NCBI GenBank assembly: GCA_963769885.1
Contig: CAVYNH010000007.1
Span: 128,001-192,000 of the forward strand
Source: Methanobacteriota archaeon
GTDB taxonomy: Archaea > Thermoplasmatota > E2 > DHVEG-1
DNA: 64,000 nucleotides
Reading direction: 5' to 3'
Shown here: piece after piece, positions 10,519-21,461 of the stretch
Layout of the letters: each line of letters opens with the position of its first letter
How positions within the stretch are numbered: the first letter of the stretch is position 1
Position numbers and translations under genes: made by a program
Notes under the pieces: model-generated
Seen by the model: only the letters and a program-made list of their open reading frames with translations
The model's database searches: none
What the model was told of the DNA's origin: nothing

Positions 10519-11895
10519 ATGTTTGAGACCACGCGGCTCCTGCTTTCGAATCAATATCGCGGCTTCCGAGACAAACTGCAGTCTTCTCCAATCTTGTACT
10601 TGTTTTTCTCGCTGATGATGGTTTTTTCTCTTGCCATGTTTGCTTTGCTGACAACCACAATCCTTGCCACTCATCTCCCGCTCACGGTCGCTGACGTGTT
10701 CTTCTTCGTCTTCTTCGTGTTTCTCATGAAGACCGGGTCTGATGTGCATCGGTCCTTCATCGCCGCGCCTCAGGTGGCGTACGCGATGTCGACGCCCACG
10801 AGCCATCGTCGGACGCTTGGCGGCATCATCCTTGAGATCCTCCTCGTAAACATGGGGATCTGGTTCTGCTTTTCCCTGCTGTTCCTCGCCTTCCTTCAGC
10901 TTTACCAGGTGCCGATGTGGTACCCGCTGGAATACCTTGAATTCTCCTGCGGCGTGCTCACCGCGACTCTTCTCGGCGCGGTACTGTCATTGCATTTTTT
11001 CTCCCCGTTCCCAATCCGGCTGTTGCCCACCGCGATTCTGCTTATGTTCTATGGGATTGTGCAGAATCCAGTCTATGTCCTAGTGACATTGCCGCTTGCC
11101 GGTGTGCAAGGCTGGTGGGCGGTGTCGCATGCCGAGTCGTCATACCGTTATGTGAAACGGAAGAAACGGTCCGCGGATGCGAAAAATGCGCGGATGCGTG
11201 GCGTCCTTTCCTCCCTGTTTTACCGGGAGGTCACGACGCTGTGGCGAGAACGCCTCTTCGTCAGCTTCATTTTCATGTCCATTATGACGGCGATTGGAAC
11301 CGGGTTCCTGTATCTGCATGGGGTAGAGCTGTTCCTCCCTCCTGCCCTCCAGCGGATCATGGGTGATTTTCTCCCCTCGCTGTTCATGTTCCTGGGGGTG
11401 TACGTCGTCGTCCTATATACGGCGGTATTCCCGGCGTTGAATCTGTTCTTGACGGAGGAGAGGACGCTGTGGGTTCTGCAGACGATGCCCGTGACTGCGG
11501 ATCAGGTCGTTCTCGGGAAGACCTCTGCGTTATTTCTCTGCTTCCTCACGGCGATCCCGTACCTTGCGATCATCCCATTGTTCGTGAATCTGGCGAATCT
11601 GCCGTTCCTGGCATGGTTCATGGTATTCTCATTCTTAGCGTCGGTTATGGTCGCGGTCCCGTTCGGAGTCAAATACATTGGTAAGAAATCGGACATCCTG
11701 CTCCTTTATAGTCTTTCGCTGATTTTGTTTGTAGTCCTCAGTCTTGTGGCGTCGTGGGTGAATGCCCTGCTCCAGTTTCACGACGTCACCATTGTCTGGC
11801 TTCTAGGATTACTCTTGCTGTGGGTGTGCTGTGGGGTATTCATTTCGTTAAAACTTTCGACGCGGCTGTTACGCTCATCCACCGGAATTCGCTAG
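10519..11895 (+). CDS. Polytopic membrane protein, putative ABC exporter permease
   Basis: ~12 TM; LFYREV..LWRE and EERTLWVLQTMPV....V.GK motifs. Confidence 0.65.
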   Translation: MFETTRLLLSNQYRGFRDKLQSSPILYLFFSLMMVFSLAMFALLTTTILATHLPLTVADVFFFVFFVFLMKTGSDVHRSFIAAPQVAYAMSTPTSHRRTLGGIILEILLVNMGIWFCFSLLFLAFLQLYQVPMWYPLEYLEFSCGVLTATLLGAVLSLHFFSPFPIRLLPTAILLMFYGIVQNPVYVLVTLPLAGVQGWWAVSHAESSYRYVKRKKRSADAKNARMRGVLSSLFYREVTTLWRERLFVSFIFMSIMTAIGTGFLYLHGVELFLPPALQRIMGDFLPSLFMFLGVYVVVLYTAVFPALNLFLTEERTLWVLQTMPVTADQVVLGKTSALFLCFLTAIPYLAIIPLFVNLANLPFLAWFMVFSFLASVMVAVPFGVKYIGKKSDILLLYSLSLILFVVLSLVASWVNALLQFHDVTIVWLLGLLLLWVCCGVFISLKLSTRLLRSSTGIR

Positions 11896-12323
11896 AAGTC
11901 GAGGAGGTTGATGCCGATGTCTGAGTCGAAGCTCCGTTCGATGGTGGCGTCGATGACGTCGATGATGATCTCGCAGGTGATAGAAACGGTCGCCGCGATG
12001 ACATGGCCTCCGAAGGATGCCTGGTCTGCGTTGCAGACGTTCGCATGGAGATGGATGTAGGGCTCGCCGTTCTTCGTCGTGATGTCCCCAAGTAGGGGGG
12101 CGATCTCGAAGTCGCCGATGAGTTCGCGGGAGAGATACTGCTTCGTGTTCGGGTTGAACAGCCCAAGCGTGATTTTGTTGACGGTGCCGATACCTTGGAC
12201 GGCGCCTGCCTTGACCTGGTGTTCTTTGCAGACGGCTTTGATGCTGCTGATGAGGTCTTCTCCCTTGTCGATGCGGACGATGATTTTATCCTTGAACCGA
12301 CGGTGCTTCATGTAGTATGCCAA
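11892..12323 (-). CDS. PPC/DUF296 domain protein
   Basis: RIDKGEDL, GIG, HLHA, GGHV motifs. Confidence 0.9.
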   Translation of the reverse strand: MAYYMKHRRFKDKIIVRIDKGEDLISSIKAVCKEHQVKAGAVQGIGTVNKITLGLFNPNTKQYLSRELIGDFEIAPLLGDITTKNGEPYIHLHANVCNADQASFGGHVIAATVSITCEIIIDVIDATIERSFDSDIGINLLDF

Positions 12324-12419
12324 GTCAGTGACCTTTAAAAAAATTTGCTTTTCATTCTAGGGAGAAGGCTGACCAAATGTTTTAATACAAACCCTTGATT
12401 CTGTTGTCACGACTACCCT

Positions 12420-12492
12420 GCCGTCCTAGCTCAGTTGGTAGAGCACTCGGCTGTTAACCGAGCGGTCGCCGGTCCGAGTCCGGCGGACGGCG
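12420..12492 (+). tRNA. tRNA-Asn(GTT)
   Basis: Acceptor GCCGTCC/GGACGGC, anticodon arm CTCGG-CTGTTAA-CCGAG, T arm GCCGG-TCCGAGT-CCGGC. Confidence 0.95.
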
Positions 12493-13062
12493 CTCATTTT
12501 TCCTTTATTTTAATAGATCCAGCATTTCAGGAACATTCCACCAAGGAGATTCTACTTCTTTTGTGTAATAGAAAGCTTGGGGAGCCCATAAGGAGAATCT
12601 TTGGGCTTTGTCGGGAAAAGATTCATTAGGAAACTGGACTCCCCATTGCTCTCAATCGACAATCGCCTTATTAACTCTTCCACGAGAATAGTCAGAATCA
12701 TCCGCCGTTCATCTGTGTTTTGTTGTCTGAAATTCGGATTGTCAAGTAGGAACCCTACGTCTCATCGAACTCTATATGATCTGGGGAAGAGACGAGCCTT
12801 GAGAAGCCGGGGGGGGCAGAACCGGTGGTATTGATTTCTTTTTTTCCGCTAGTTCAATCGAAAATAAGCATGAGAAGTGGGATGGGGGAATTAAATCGAA
12901 TGTCTGGGAGGTTTATTTGGGAGGTAACCAAAAAAACCGATCTTTTTAATTCCCCCAGCCAAGAATTATCTTTCCGGATTAATATAGTTTGTGTTCAAGC
13001 GGCGGGTGAGGCTCCGGGTGTCGAACAACGTATTTATATAATAGAGGGGATTACCCGGCCCC

Positions 13063-13398
13063 ATGCCTGAGGAACAGTCTGCGGAACCCAAGAAGAGCCA
13101 GGGGAGATACACGATCCAGGACGCCATGCAGGTGGCCGATGATGTCTTGAACCTCAGCAAAGAGAAGAAGTACTCGATTGGTGCGTTTGTGCATGGGCAG
13201 ATCTTCGCCTTGGAGTTCACGGCAGTCGCGTATGGGATTCCGACCCAGCAGATAGCGGAGATCAAGCGGACCTGCCGCAAGTACATCAATGATTTGATCC
13301 AGCTTCAAGCACAAGCAAAAACAGAGCCTCACGCCCCTGAGGAAGCGGAGCAAAAAACGAAGCAGAACCAAGAGCAGAAAGTCGAACAAAAGGCGTAA
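13063..13398 (+). CDS. Hypothetical protein
   Basis: ATG ORF downstream of a TTTATATA TATA box; plausible composition. Confidence 0.7.
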   Translation: MPEEQSAEPKKSQGRYTIQDAMQVADDVLNLSKEKKYSIGAFVHGQIFALEFTAVAYGIPTQQIAEIKRTCRKYINDLIQLQAQAKTEPHAPEEAEQKTKQNQEQKVEQKA

Positions 13399-13558
13399 CT
13401 CCCCTCGGAATACCGTCAGGGCCTCTCCATTTTTCAATTCATGTTTTCGGCAGCCTGGACTCAGTACATATCTACCAATAGTGGTACCTGCATCATTACA
13501 TATCCATAAATTATATAAAAACTGAGGCACTCTTAGTTTGCTCAAGGATGGTATTCGG

Positions 13559-14458
13559 ATGGGATGCGGAGAGTGCAAGACCAAAGTGAAACTTGACTAT
13601 ATCCAAGATTTTGAGATGATGTTTGAACGGATGAAGGTCGATCGTCCGCGGGAGGCCGCAGCGTACTACACGATCCTCATCGTTGACTGCCCCAAGGAGT
13701 TCTCGGATTATCTCAAGATCGCGGAAGAACTTACCAATATCACGCGCCGGCCGCTGGAGACCGGGCGCAACTCCCTGCTTCGCTACGGGCTGATCGCCGA
13801 GGTCCTGTTCACGGCGAACGCGGATGAGGACTTCGGGCGGGAGAGCTATCTGCCGGTGAACCCGCGGGTCATCTGGGAGGACATCAAGGAGAACCTCAAA
13901 GGCGTCGTCGCCCCGGACACCTATACGGCCATGCAGAACCGGCTGACGGAGTACACCTCGTCGTACAGCGAGCATTTCAAGACGTACGGCATCAAGATCA
14001 AGCGGGAGGGCAACGTCACACTGCGGTACAGCGGGAAATGGATTCTGTACAACATCCTGAACAACTGCCTGGACAAGAAGAACACGCTGCGGATGCAGAT
14101 CGGCGGGGAGCGGTTCTTCGAGGAGCCCTTCGTCCGGTACTTCAAGAAGTTCCTGGAGCTGAACTCCAAGGTCGAGTTGCTCATCGACACCGAGGCGAAC
14201 ATCGACATCGCCAAGTCGCTGAAGCAGGCGTACGGGGACAGCCTCGACATTCGGTATTTCTCCGAAAACACCTCTGGGACGATGCGCAACTACGTGTTCG
14301 GCAAGGAGCTCGCCGTCAACGGCATCAAGATCCTGTCGGAGTCGGATCCCAAGGAACCGATCTATGTCGGGACCGCGTACGTCAACCTCGAGGACATCGA
14401 GGTGCTGAACGCGAAGTTCGAAAACCTCTGGGGTCTGGCGAAGAAGCTGCCCGCCTAA
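13559..14458 (+). CDS. TrmB-like transcriptional regulator (wHTH + effector domain)
   Basis: EA..Y..L...L...GLI wHTH pattern; C-terminal FENLW..AK typical of the TrmB sensor fold; upstream TATA. Confidence 0.6.
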   Translation: MGCGECKTKVKLDYIQDFEMMFERMKVDRPREAAAYYTILIVDCPKEFSDYLKIAEELTNITRRPLETGRNSLLRYGLIAEVLFTANADEDFGRESYLPVNPRVIWEDIKENLKGVVAPDTYTAMQNRLTEYTSSYSEHFKTYGIKIKREGNVTLRYSGKWILYNILNNCLDKKNTLRMQIGGERFFEEPFVRYFKKFLELNSKVELLIDTEANIDIAKSLKQAYGDSLDIRYFSENTSGTMRNYVFGKELAVNGIKILSESDPKEPIYVGTAYVNLEDIEVLNAKFENLWGLAKKLPA

Positions 14459-14554
14459 ACAACCCTTCCCCCTTTTTTTAACAATCTTTTTATTATTCTC
14501 TGGACTGAGCCGTGAAAAGGAAAAAAAGAAAAAAGGGTGATGGGGTGGTCTGGC

Positions 14555-14980
14555 TTACTTCGACTGGATGAGTTCCTTGGCCTGGGTCGTGTCCCAAAGG
14601 GCACGGATGATGATGAAGAGGGCCGCGGGGGCGACGAAGATAGCGAGGTACTTCGTGATGTTGCTGAAGACTGGGGCCAGATCCTTGAAGTAGTAGATGC
14701 TCGTGGTCGTGGGGATGACCGCAAGGGCGACGAGGATCAGCGAGGCGATGAGGAAGGTCGGGACCCGCTCCTGGGTGATGGCTCCGAGGGCGAAGAACGA
14801 AAACACGCCGACGAAGAAGCCGAGGACCGCCAGCAGGATGCTCGCGGGGTCGACCCAGGTTGAGACGTTGTAGTTCAGGGGTGTTCCGAGACCGAAGACG
14901 AGGCCGACGACGATTGCGACGACGATTCCGATCAGGAAGAGCCAGCTGCCTAATTTCTTTACCATGTTCTCCATTTCCAC
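14555..14980 (-). CDS. Four-helix membrane protein
   Basis: Four hydrophobic segments; RBS-like AGGAG..GGTG upstream. Confidence 0.75.
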   Translation of the reverse strand: MEMENMVKKLGSWLFLIGIVVAIVVGLVFGLGTPLNYNVSTWVDPASILLAVLGFFVGVFSFFALGAITQERVPTFLIASLILVALAVIPTTTSIYYFKDLAPVFSNITKYLAIFVAPAALFIIIRALWDTTQAKELIQSK

Positions 14981-15201
14981 CGTCTCCTATAAATTTTTAT
15001 GTGAGTGCAGTAATGGAAGAATAGGCTTATTCTATATAAGAATTGTGTTTTTTTCGAGTTTTGTATTGGGGCCGACTGTTCCCAACAGGAGGCGTTTTCA
15101 CACTGCTTTTTTGGCACATTGCCGCCATACGCTTAAATACAAAGAATGCTAGAACCTATCACGCTAAAGAGTAGCATATGAGGTAAAAAAGGAGAGAGAC
15201 C

Positions 15202-15441
15202 ATGACAAAAGTAAACATCATGTATGACCTAGAACCCGACTACTTCCCCAACGAACTCCAACCATACCCAACCCTGACCATGCACGGGCCCAAGAACAAG
15301 TCCGTCCAGGTTTCAGACCGCGTCTTCGACGTCATGCTCAGCGAAGGCCTCCTGCGCAAGACCACCGATGGCTACGTCTTCGTCGGACGCGCCGAGGACC
15401 TCCCCAACAAACCCAAGAAGAAAAAACGCCACGCCTATTAA
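15202..15441 (+). CDS. Small hypothetical protein with basic tail
   Basis: AGGAG RBS, ATG, coding-like codon usage. Confidence 0.7.
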   Translation: MTKVNIMYDLEPDYFPNELQPYPTLTMHGPKNKSVQVSDRVFDVMLSEGLLRKTTDGYVFVGRAEDLPNKPKKKKRHAY

Positions 15442-15587
15442 AATACCGTCTGACCCGGTGCGAGAGGGCCCGCCTCTTCTCCGCACATCACCTCTTCTCC
15501 AAGTCCCCTGCGGCCCTCTCCTCTTCCTCCTCCTTTTCTCCAGAGGAAAACGCTTAAACAGCCCCACCTCTTACCATCATCACACCC

Positions 15588-16397
15588 ATGATCCATACCT
15601 CTGGAGCCCGCTACCATAAACGCACCGACGAAGAAGTCGACGACTTCGTCAAAAAACTCGAGCTCCAGGCCCAAGAAACCGCCGAGGAACGCCTTCCTCT
15701 CTACCTCGCCGCCGACATCCCCCACGCCCACCTCATCCTCGACATCGGCTGCGGCTCCGGCTTCGTCACCCGCGACATTGCCCGCCTCACCATCGGCACC
15801 GTCATCGCCGTCGACGGTTCACACCAACTCCTCACCATCGCCCGCACCACCCTCCACGACCACCCCAACACCCACCTCTGCCTCGCCGACGCCCACGCCC
15901 TCCCCTTCCCCACCGGGACCTTCGACGCCGTCACCTGCAACCTCCTCCTCATGTGGGTCGACAACCCCCAACGCGCCGTCCACGAAATGACCCGCATCAC
16001 CAAACCCGGCGGCACGGTCCTGGCCACCCTCGAACCAGACTACGGCGGCAAACTCCACTGGCCCGAAAACCGCCGCATCGACCCCTACTTCGCCGGCGAA
16101 GCCATCCGTAAAAAAGGTGGCGACCCCCACATCGGCAGAAAACTGCGCGCCCTCTTCGCCACCGCCGGACTCCACACCACCATCGGCATCGGCAACAGCC
16201 GCATCTGGACCTGCGACGAAGACAAACAATACTACCTCCACTCCCGCGACTTCTACATCAAAGTCCTCAAAGACGCCGGCCTCACCCCCCAAGAAATCGA
16301 TCACTGGGAATACGACTACCTCAAATCCCTCGACGACGGCACCCAACTCAACTTCTTCCCACAATTCTACGCTATCGGCAAAAAACCGAAGCCTTAA
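15588..16397 (+). CDS. Class I SAM-dependent methyltransferase
   Basis: LDIGCGSG, ADAHALPF...FD, KPGG. Confidence 0.9.
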   Translation: MIHTSGARYHKRTDEEVDDFVKKLELQAQETAEERLPLYLAADIPHAHLILDIGCGSGFVTRDIARLTIGTVIAVDGSHQLLTIARTTLHDHPNTHLCLADAHALPFPTGTFDAVTCNLLLMWVDNPQRAVHEMTRITKPGGTVLATLEPDYGGKLHWPENRRIDPYFAGEAIRKKGGDPHIGRKLRALFATAGLHTTIGIGNSRIWTCDEDKQYYLHSRDFYIKVLKDAGLTPQEIDHWEYDYLKSLDDGTQLNFFPQFYAIGKKPKP

Positions 16398-16435
16398 GAG
16401 TCCCCGCGAAATTCAACCCACACAAAGGTCACACC

Positions 16436-17293
16436 ATGACCGCACAAATCTTCAACGGCAGGGCACTCGCCCACAACCTCACCATCGCCATCGCCGAACA
16501 CATCAACCGACTCACCAAACAATACAAAACACCCCCGAGCATCACCACGATCATCATCGGCGACAACCCCGCCTCCCTCCTCTACCTCAAACGCCGCGAC
16601 GCCGCCTGCTCCCAAGTCGGCATCCACTCCACCCATCTCCGCTTCCCCGGCACCACCACAGAACACGAGGTCATCGAAGCAATCCAGCGACTCAACGACA
16701 ACCCGAGGACCCACGGCATCCTCATCCAATACCCCCTCCCCCAGCAGCTTCACCCATTGCGTCTTATGAGCACGGTTGACCCCCGCAAGGACGTCGAAGG
16801 CCTCAACCCCAGCAACCTCGGCCGTACGCTCAGTGGCGACGAGGATTTAGTCCCCTGCACACCCCAGGCTGTCGTCTACATCCTCACCCATGAAGCCATC
16901 ACACTCAAAGGAGCGGACTCAGTGATTATCAACCATAGTAATATCGTCGGTAAACCCCTCGCAGCACTCCTCATTAATCGAGACGCGACCGTCTCTGTCT
17001 GTCATGTCTTCACGAAGGACCTACAGCGATACTCCTCTGCCGCTGACATCCTTATTTCGGGCGCTGGTGTCGTCGGACTCATTACCGACGCCCATGTCAA
17101 GCCTGGCGCCGCAGTGGTCGATGTCGGCATCACTCCGACTCCAGGGGGCGTCCGCGGGGACGTAGTTTATGACAATGTTGCGAAAAAAGCGGGATTCATC
17201 ACCCCGGTTCCTGGGGGCGTCGGCCCCGTCACCACCGCGATGGCCCTCGCCAACATGGTCAAGACCTTTACCTACACCATAACCAAGACGTGA
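16436..17293 (+). CDS. folD: Methylenetetrahydrofolate dehydrogenase/cyclohydrolase
   Basis: GILIQYPLP, KDVEG, PCTP, SNIVGKP, TPVPGGVGP. Confidence 0.95.
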   Translation: MTAQIFNGRALAHNLTIAIAEHINRLTKQYKTPPSITTIIIGDNPASLLYLKRRDAACSQVGIHSTHLRFPGTTTEHEVIEAIQRLNDNPRTHGILIQYPLPQQLHPLRLMSTVDPRKDVEGLNPSNLGRTLSGDEDLVPCTPQAVVYILTHEAITLKGADSVIINHSNIVGKPLAALLINRDATVSVCHVFTKDLQRYSSAADILISGAGVVGLITDAHVKPGAAVVDVGITPTPGGVRGDVVYDNVAKKAGFITPVPGGVGPVTTAMALANMVKTFTYTITKT

Positions 17294-17308
17294 GTTCACC
17301 GGATTTTT

Positions 17309-18079
17309 TTAAGCTTCACTTCGGTTGAACAGGTAGCTGCCCACAGCCCACAGTACGATACACATCAAGATGATTATTCCAAGATCAAAATATGGTGAAA
17401 ACAAATTGTTAGCTCCGGTCAAGGCACCTCGGGTCCCATCGACCATGTAAAATAACGGGTTGAACAAGGTAATCGTCTGCAACCATCCCGGCCAGTCGTG
17501 ACTAATGGGGAAGAACGCCGACGAGAGGAAGAACAGCGGTAAGAGAATGAGGTTCGAGATCACCTGGAACCCTTCGTAATCCTTGATGACGGAGGCGGTG
17601 ATTAACCCCATGCCAACGGCAGCAAAGGTCAACAGGACCATGATGAGAACCGTTAACGCAAGGTTCGCTAGCCCTGGGACGACGGCGCCCATAAACAGGG
17701 CTATTCCTAGGATGACGAATCCTTGGACCAACGCGAGCGTCGCCCCGCCGAATGTTCGCCCGAGAATGATCGAAAACCGGCTCACGGGCGCAACGAGGAC
17801 TTCCTGCAAGAACCCGAACTGCCGATCCCAGAGCACGGAAACACCAGTAAAGATCGAGGACATCATAATCGCCATCGCGATGATCCCCGGCGCCAGGAAA
17901 TTGAGAAAATTGGTCTCGATACTCGGGAAGACAGCACTCCCAAGCCCAAGACCGAGGATGACAAGGAGGAAGAGGGGCTGCACGATGGTGCCGATGATTC
18001 GACTTGGCGCTCGGATGAACCGCTTCATCTGCCGCAGCCACAACACGTAGATGGCTTGCAACTCCCGATAGATATTCAC
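17309..18079 (-). CDS. ABC-2 type (DrrB-like) permease
   Basis: APGI.AM, WDRQFGFLQE.LVAP, NPLFYMVD. Confidence 0.9.
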   Translation of the reverse strand: MNIYRELQAIYVLWLRQMKRFIRAPSRIIGTIVQPLFLLVILGLGLGSAVFPSIETNFLNFLAPGIIAMAIMMSSIFTGVSVLWDRQFGFLQEVLVAPVSRFSIILGRTFGGATLALVQGFVILGIALFMGAVVPGLANLALTVLIMVLLTFAAVGMGLITASVIKDYEGFQVISNLILLPLFFLSSAFFPISHDWPGWLQTITLFNPLFYMVDGTRGALTGANNLFSPYFDLGIIILMCIVLWAVGSYLFNRSEA

Positions 18080-19065
18080 GGGTTCCCCCCTGCATTCTTC
18101 TGGTTGATCTTCAATTCGTCCTCAGGTTCTTGGTCTCGAATGCTCCTGCCAGTGTAATAGAGGAACACGTCATCCAACGTGGGTTTTCGAATCGTAATGG
18201 AACGAACAGCGATCTGTGCCTTACGGGCAAGCTCGATGATCTCGGGGATTTTTTCATCCCCGCGGCTGGCCCCAAAGGTCAATTTCTCGTGATCGATTTT
18301 TGGATTCTGCACCCAAGGCTCTTTCGCGAGCCGTGCTTGAAGCCCGGGGAGATCAGAGCAGGTCAGCGTGATGACATCGCCGCCCACTGAAGCCTTCAGG
18401 GCATCGACGGTATCTAAGATGAGAATTTTACCATGGTCGATGATGCCGATGCGGTCGCAGAGGAAATCCGCCTCGTCCATGTAATGGGTCGTCAGGAAGA
18501 TTGTCGTGCGTTCCTCTTTGTTCATCTTCCGGACATAGTCCCAGATCGCTCGTCGTGTTTGAGCATCCAGGCCGAGGGTCGGCTCATCAAGAAAGAGGAT
18601 GGTCGGCGAGTGCATCAACCCGCGGGCGATCTCCAACCGACGTTTCATCCCGCCAGAGTAGTTTTTCACGAGCACGTCCTTTTTTTCGATGAGATCGACG
18701 AGAGTGAGCACCTCGTGAATCCTGCGGATTCGGTTCTCTTTTTGCAGCCCGTAGATGCGGGCATGGAAATCGAGGTTCTCCTCCCCGGTCAGTTGTGTCT
18801 CAAGGGCGGGTTCTTGGAAGACGACGCCGATAATCTGTCGAACCGCGTCTCGTTGGCGGCGGACGTCGAAACCGCAGATCAGCGCCTTCCCAGATGTAGG
18901 GCGTTGGAGGGTCGTCAACATCTTTATCGTAGTGGTCTTCCCGGCGCCGTTTGGCCCTAAAAAGCCGAAGATTTCACCTTCATGGACCGAAAACGAAATA
19001 CGGTTGACGGCGGTGAATCCGTTGAAGGACTTGGTGAGGTCTGTCGTCGTGATGATGTCGGGGAT
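18076..19065 (-). CDS. DrrA-like ABC ATP-binding protein
   Basis: Frame extends upstream of 18921 through GEIFGFLGPNGAGKTT to an ATC at 19065 after GGAGG; YSGGMKRRLE, LDEPT. Confidence 0.9.
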   Translation of the reverse strand: MPDIITTTDLTKSFNGFTAVNRISFSVHEGEIFGFLGPNGAGKTTTIKMLTTLQRPTSGKALICGFDVRRQRDAVRQIIGVVFQEPALETQLTGEENLDFHARIYGLQKENRIRRIHEVLTLVDLIEKKDVLVKNYSGGMKRRLEIARGLMHSPTILFLDEPTLGLDAQTRRAIWDYVRKMNKEERTTIFLTTHYMDEADFLCDRIGIIDHGKILILDTVDALKASVGGDVITLTCSDLPGLQARLAKEPWVQNPKIDHEKLTFGASRGDEKIPEIIELARKAQIAVRSITIRKPTLDDVFLYYTGRSIRDQEPEDELKINQKNAGGNP

Positions 19066-19118
19066 GGCTGGCGCCTCCGATTGTCTGGAGGGAGAGAATG
19101 TCTACCCCATTAAAAAGC

Positions 19119-19818
19119 TTATTTTCTTGAGACGATGGCGAAGTAGTTATCGGCTGAGTGGCGGGAGGCGAGTCTGACGGCGCGAATCGAGGACACCTTG
19201 AGGTCGGCTGCGGCGAGGTCGTCGGCGAACTCCCGGCGACTGTAGAGATGGTAGAACCGAGGCACGGCGAGACGATGCTGACGCCACATGATGTCGATGT
19301 CGCCGAACTCACCTTCTGGCATGATGCGGAGTCGTTCTTTGAGAAAATGTGTGCGGTAGGTGTCTTGCCAGCGTGCCCAGACGCTGATGAGGCTAACTCC
19401 TGAAGGCGTCAGTACCTCGGCGGACTTCCCTGAGGGCTTCTTGGCGGTTTTTCCGAGTCCGGATGTTGTGCAACGTTGCTATGAATGGTACAACATCCGC
19501 AATCTTGTCGCAGCAGGGGAGGCGTTCAAGGTCAGCTTGTATCAACGAGATATTATCAATGTTCTGTGTTGTGATTTTCCTCAGGACGATTCTTAGGAGG
19601 TTTCGTGAGAAATCCACGCCGATGGCTTGGTGCGCATAGGCTGCTGCTGGTAGCAGATGACGGCCGTTGCCGCATCCAAGGTCTAGTATGGTGTCTGCGG
19701 TCTTTTGGTTCCTAAGGAACTCAAGGACGATAGGCCAGGGGCGTCGGCGGGTGTGATCGAAGCTTTCCGCGATTATGTCCCAAGACGCCATCGCGTTGTC
19801 TCGCCACATCCCAGCCAC
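19119..19818 (-). CDS. Trm9/ALKBH8-like SAM methyltransferase with a +1 frameshift near 19416
   Basis: IAESFDHTRRRPW, LDLGCGNGR, IATLH; the second frame continues VLTPSGVSLISVWARWQ...RFYHLYS. Confidence 0.8.
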
Positions 19819-19822
19819 CAGG

Positions 19823-21461
19823 TTAGGTGAGGAGTTCGTCGATGTTCACTTCGAAGGCGATGCAGGGGTGCTCCAGGCTGAATGCTTGGATGGTTCGTGG
19901 GTGTAGTTCGCCAAATGTTCCGATAGCCTTGTTCTGTGTTTGGATGGTGGCGCAGCGTCCGTCGATGAAGGTGGGGTCATGGCCTTCGGTAAATGAGAAG
20001 AGGTGGCCGGAGCCGCGGCCGATGGCCTCGATGTAGGCCTTGCATTCGGTGAAGTTGGCCTTGGCGTCGACTTTGATGCCGGCGAGGTGCCAGCGGTTTT
20101 TCGCGTTTCCATCCACGACGACACCGACTTCGAAAATCTGCTGCGGCAGGTGATGATGGCGGTTTTCACGTAGCAGTTTCAGCATAGAAGGGAGCAGGCT
20201 GATGCGCATGCCGTTGAATTCTTCACCGATAGGGTTTGCGATCTCCACCCATTTCTCTGGTTTTTTGCCCATTTTCTTGAATTCATCTTGGTTGTTGGAG
20301 ATACAGAACGTCGTGACTTCGTGGAATCCAAGGCCGATGAGGAGAAGTCGGAGCGAGTTGTTGGTCTGGGTTGAGGATAAGAGGCGTCCGAAGGTCATAG
20401 CTTTGGGGAAGTCCATGGTGAATTGGTCGAAGCCGTAGCCGACGGCGACGTCCTCGATGAGGTCGACTTCGTGGAGGATGTCTGATCGCCAGGGCGCGAT
20501 TTCGACGAGGAGCGAGTCCTCTCCAAGTATGATAACGTTGTGGCCCATTTTCCGGAGGCAGTCGCTGATGCCCTTGTTGGTGAAATTGGTACCGAGGAGC
20601 TGGTTTACATGGGAAATCTTCAGCTCGTGTTTGTAAGTAGAGAGGTCGGGGGAGATGATTTCTTTGCCGTCGTCCAGTACCCGTAGTCGTGTGGATTTCA
20701 CCGCCGCGTTCGGCGAGGGCGGTGGTAACGATGTTGAGGGCGATGTTGATGGCTTTACGGTCGGTGCCGGTGACGTCGATGAAGAGGTTCTTGGTCTGGG
20801 GGGTGACTTCGGTGAGGGCGCCGTTGATGATCGGGGGGAAGGAGAGGACCTCATTTTTTGAGTCGAGGATAATGGGGTACTTGGTGTATCCTTTGAGGAG
20901 GTGGGCGTAAGCTTGTCCTTTTTCGTGGCGCTGAAGGATTTCGCTGAGGGTCATGGGCTCGGTTTTGGTGAGGGGGATAAAAGTGAGGTCGTCGGGGAGG
21001 ATAGCGGTGTAGGTGAACGGGGGGGTGACAGCGTCTGCATTGTGGACGCCGATGGCGACTTTTTTGCGGTCCCGTCCGAGGCCGACGTGGAGTTTTTCTT
21101 GGAGGCTCATGAGGGATTCAATGAGGGCGTCGGACATGGTGACATGGGTGACGAGGGCGGTGGTGACGTAGGGGCGGACGGTTTTTACGGAAGGGTCGAC
21201 GGTGAGGCGGATGCGGGAGGGGTCGAGGTGGTAGGTTTGGAGCCCGGGGTTGAAGCCGAGGTAGGCGCGGCAGGCTCTGGCAATGCCTTCGACGGAGGTG
21301 AGGTCGGGGCGGTTGGGGAAGAATTCGATGTTGATTTGGTCGCCGGTGATGGTGCCAAGGTCGCCGCCGATCATAGGGAGTTTTTCGATGAGGGTGGAGA
21401 GGGGGATTTCATGGCCTAGGAGGGTGATGAAGTCTTGGTAGTCGAAGGTGATAACTGGCAT
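19823..21461 (-). CDS. pheT: Phenylalanine-tRNA ligase beta subunit (+1 frameshift near 20681)
   Basis: MPVITF start, PNRPDL.SVEG, QEKLH, SFPPIIN, WRSDILHEVDLIEDVA, FGELHP spread over two frames. Confidence 0.93.

Noticed and set aside
19823-21461. pheT, the C25 peptidase and the methyltransferase as true pseudogenes or programmed frameshifts
   Set aside because: pheT is essential, there is no slippery heptamer, and all three breaks share one sequence context, pointing to a systematic sequencing error.
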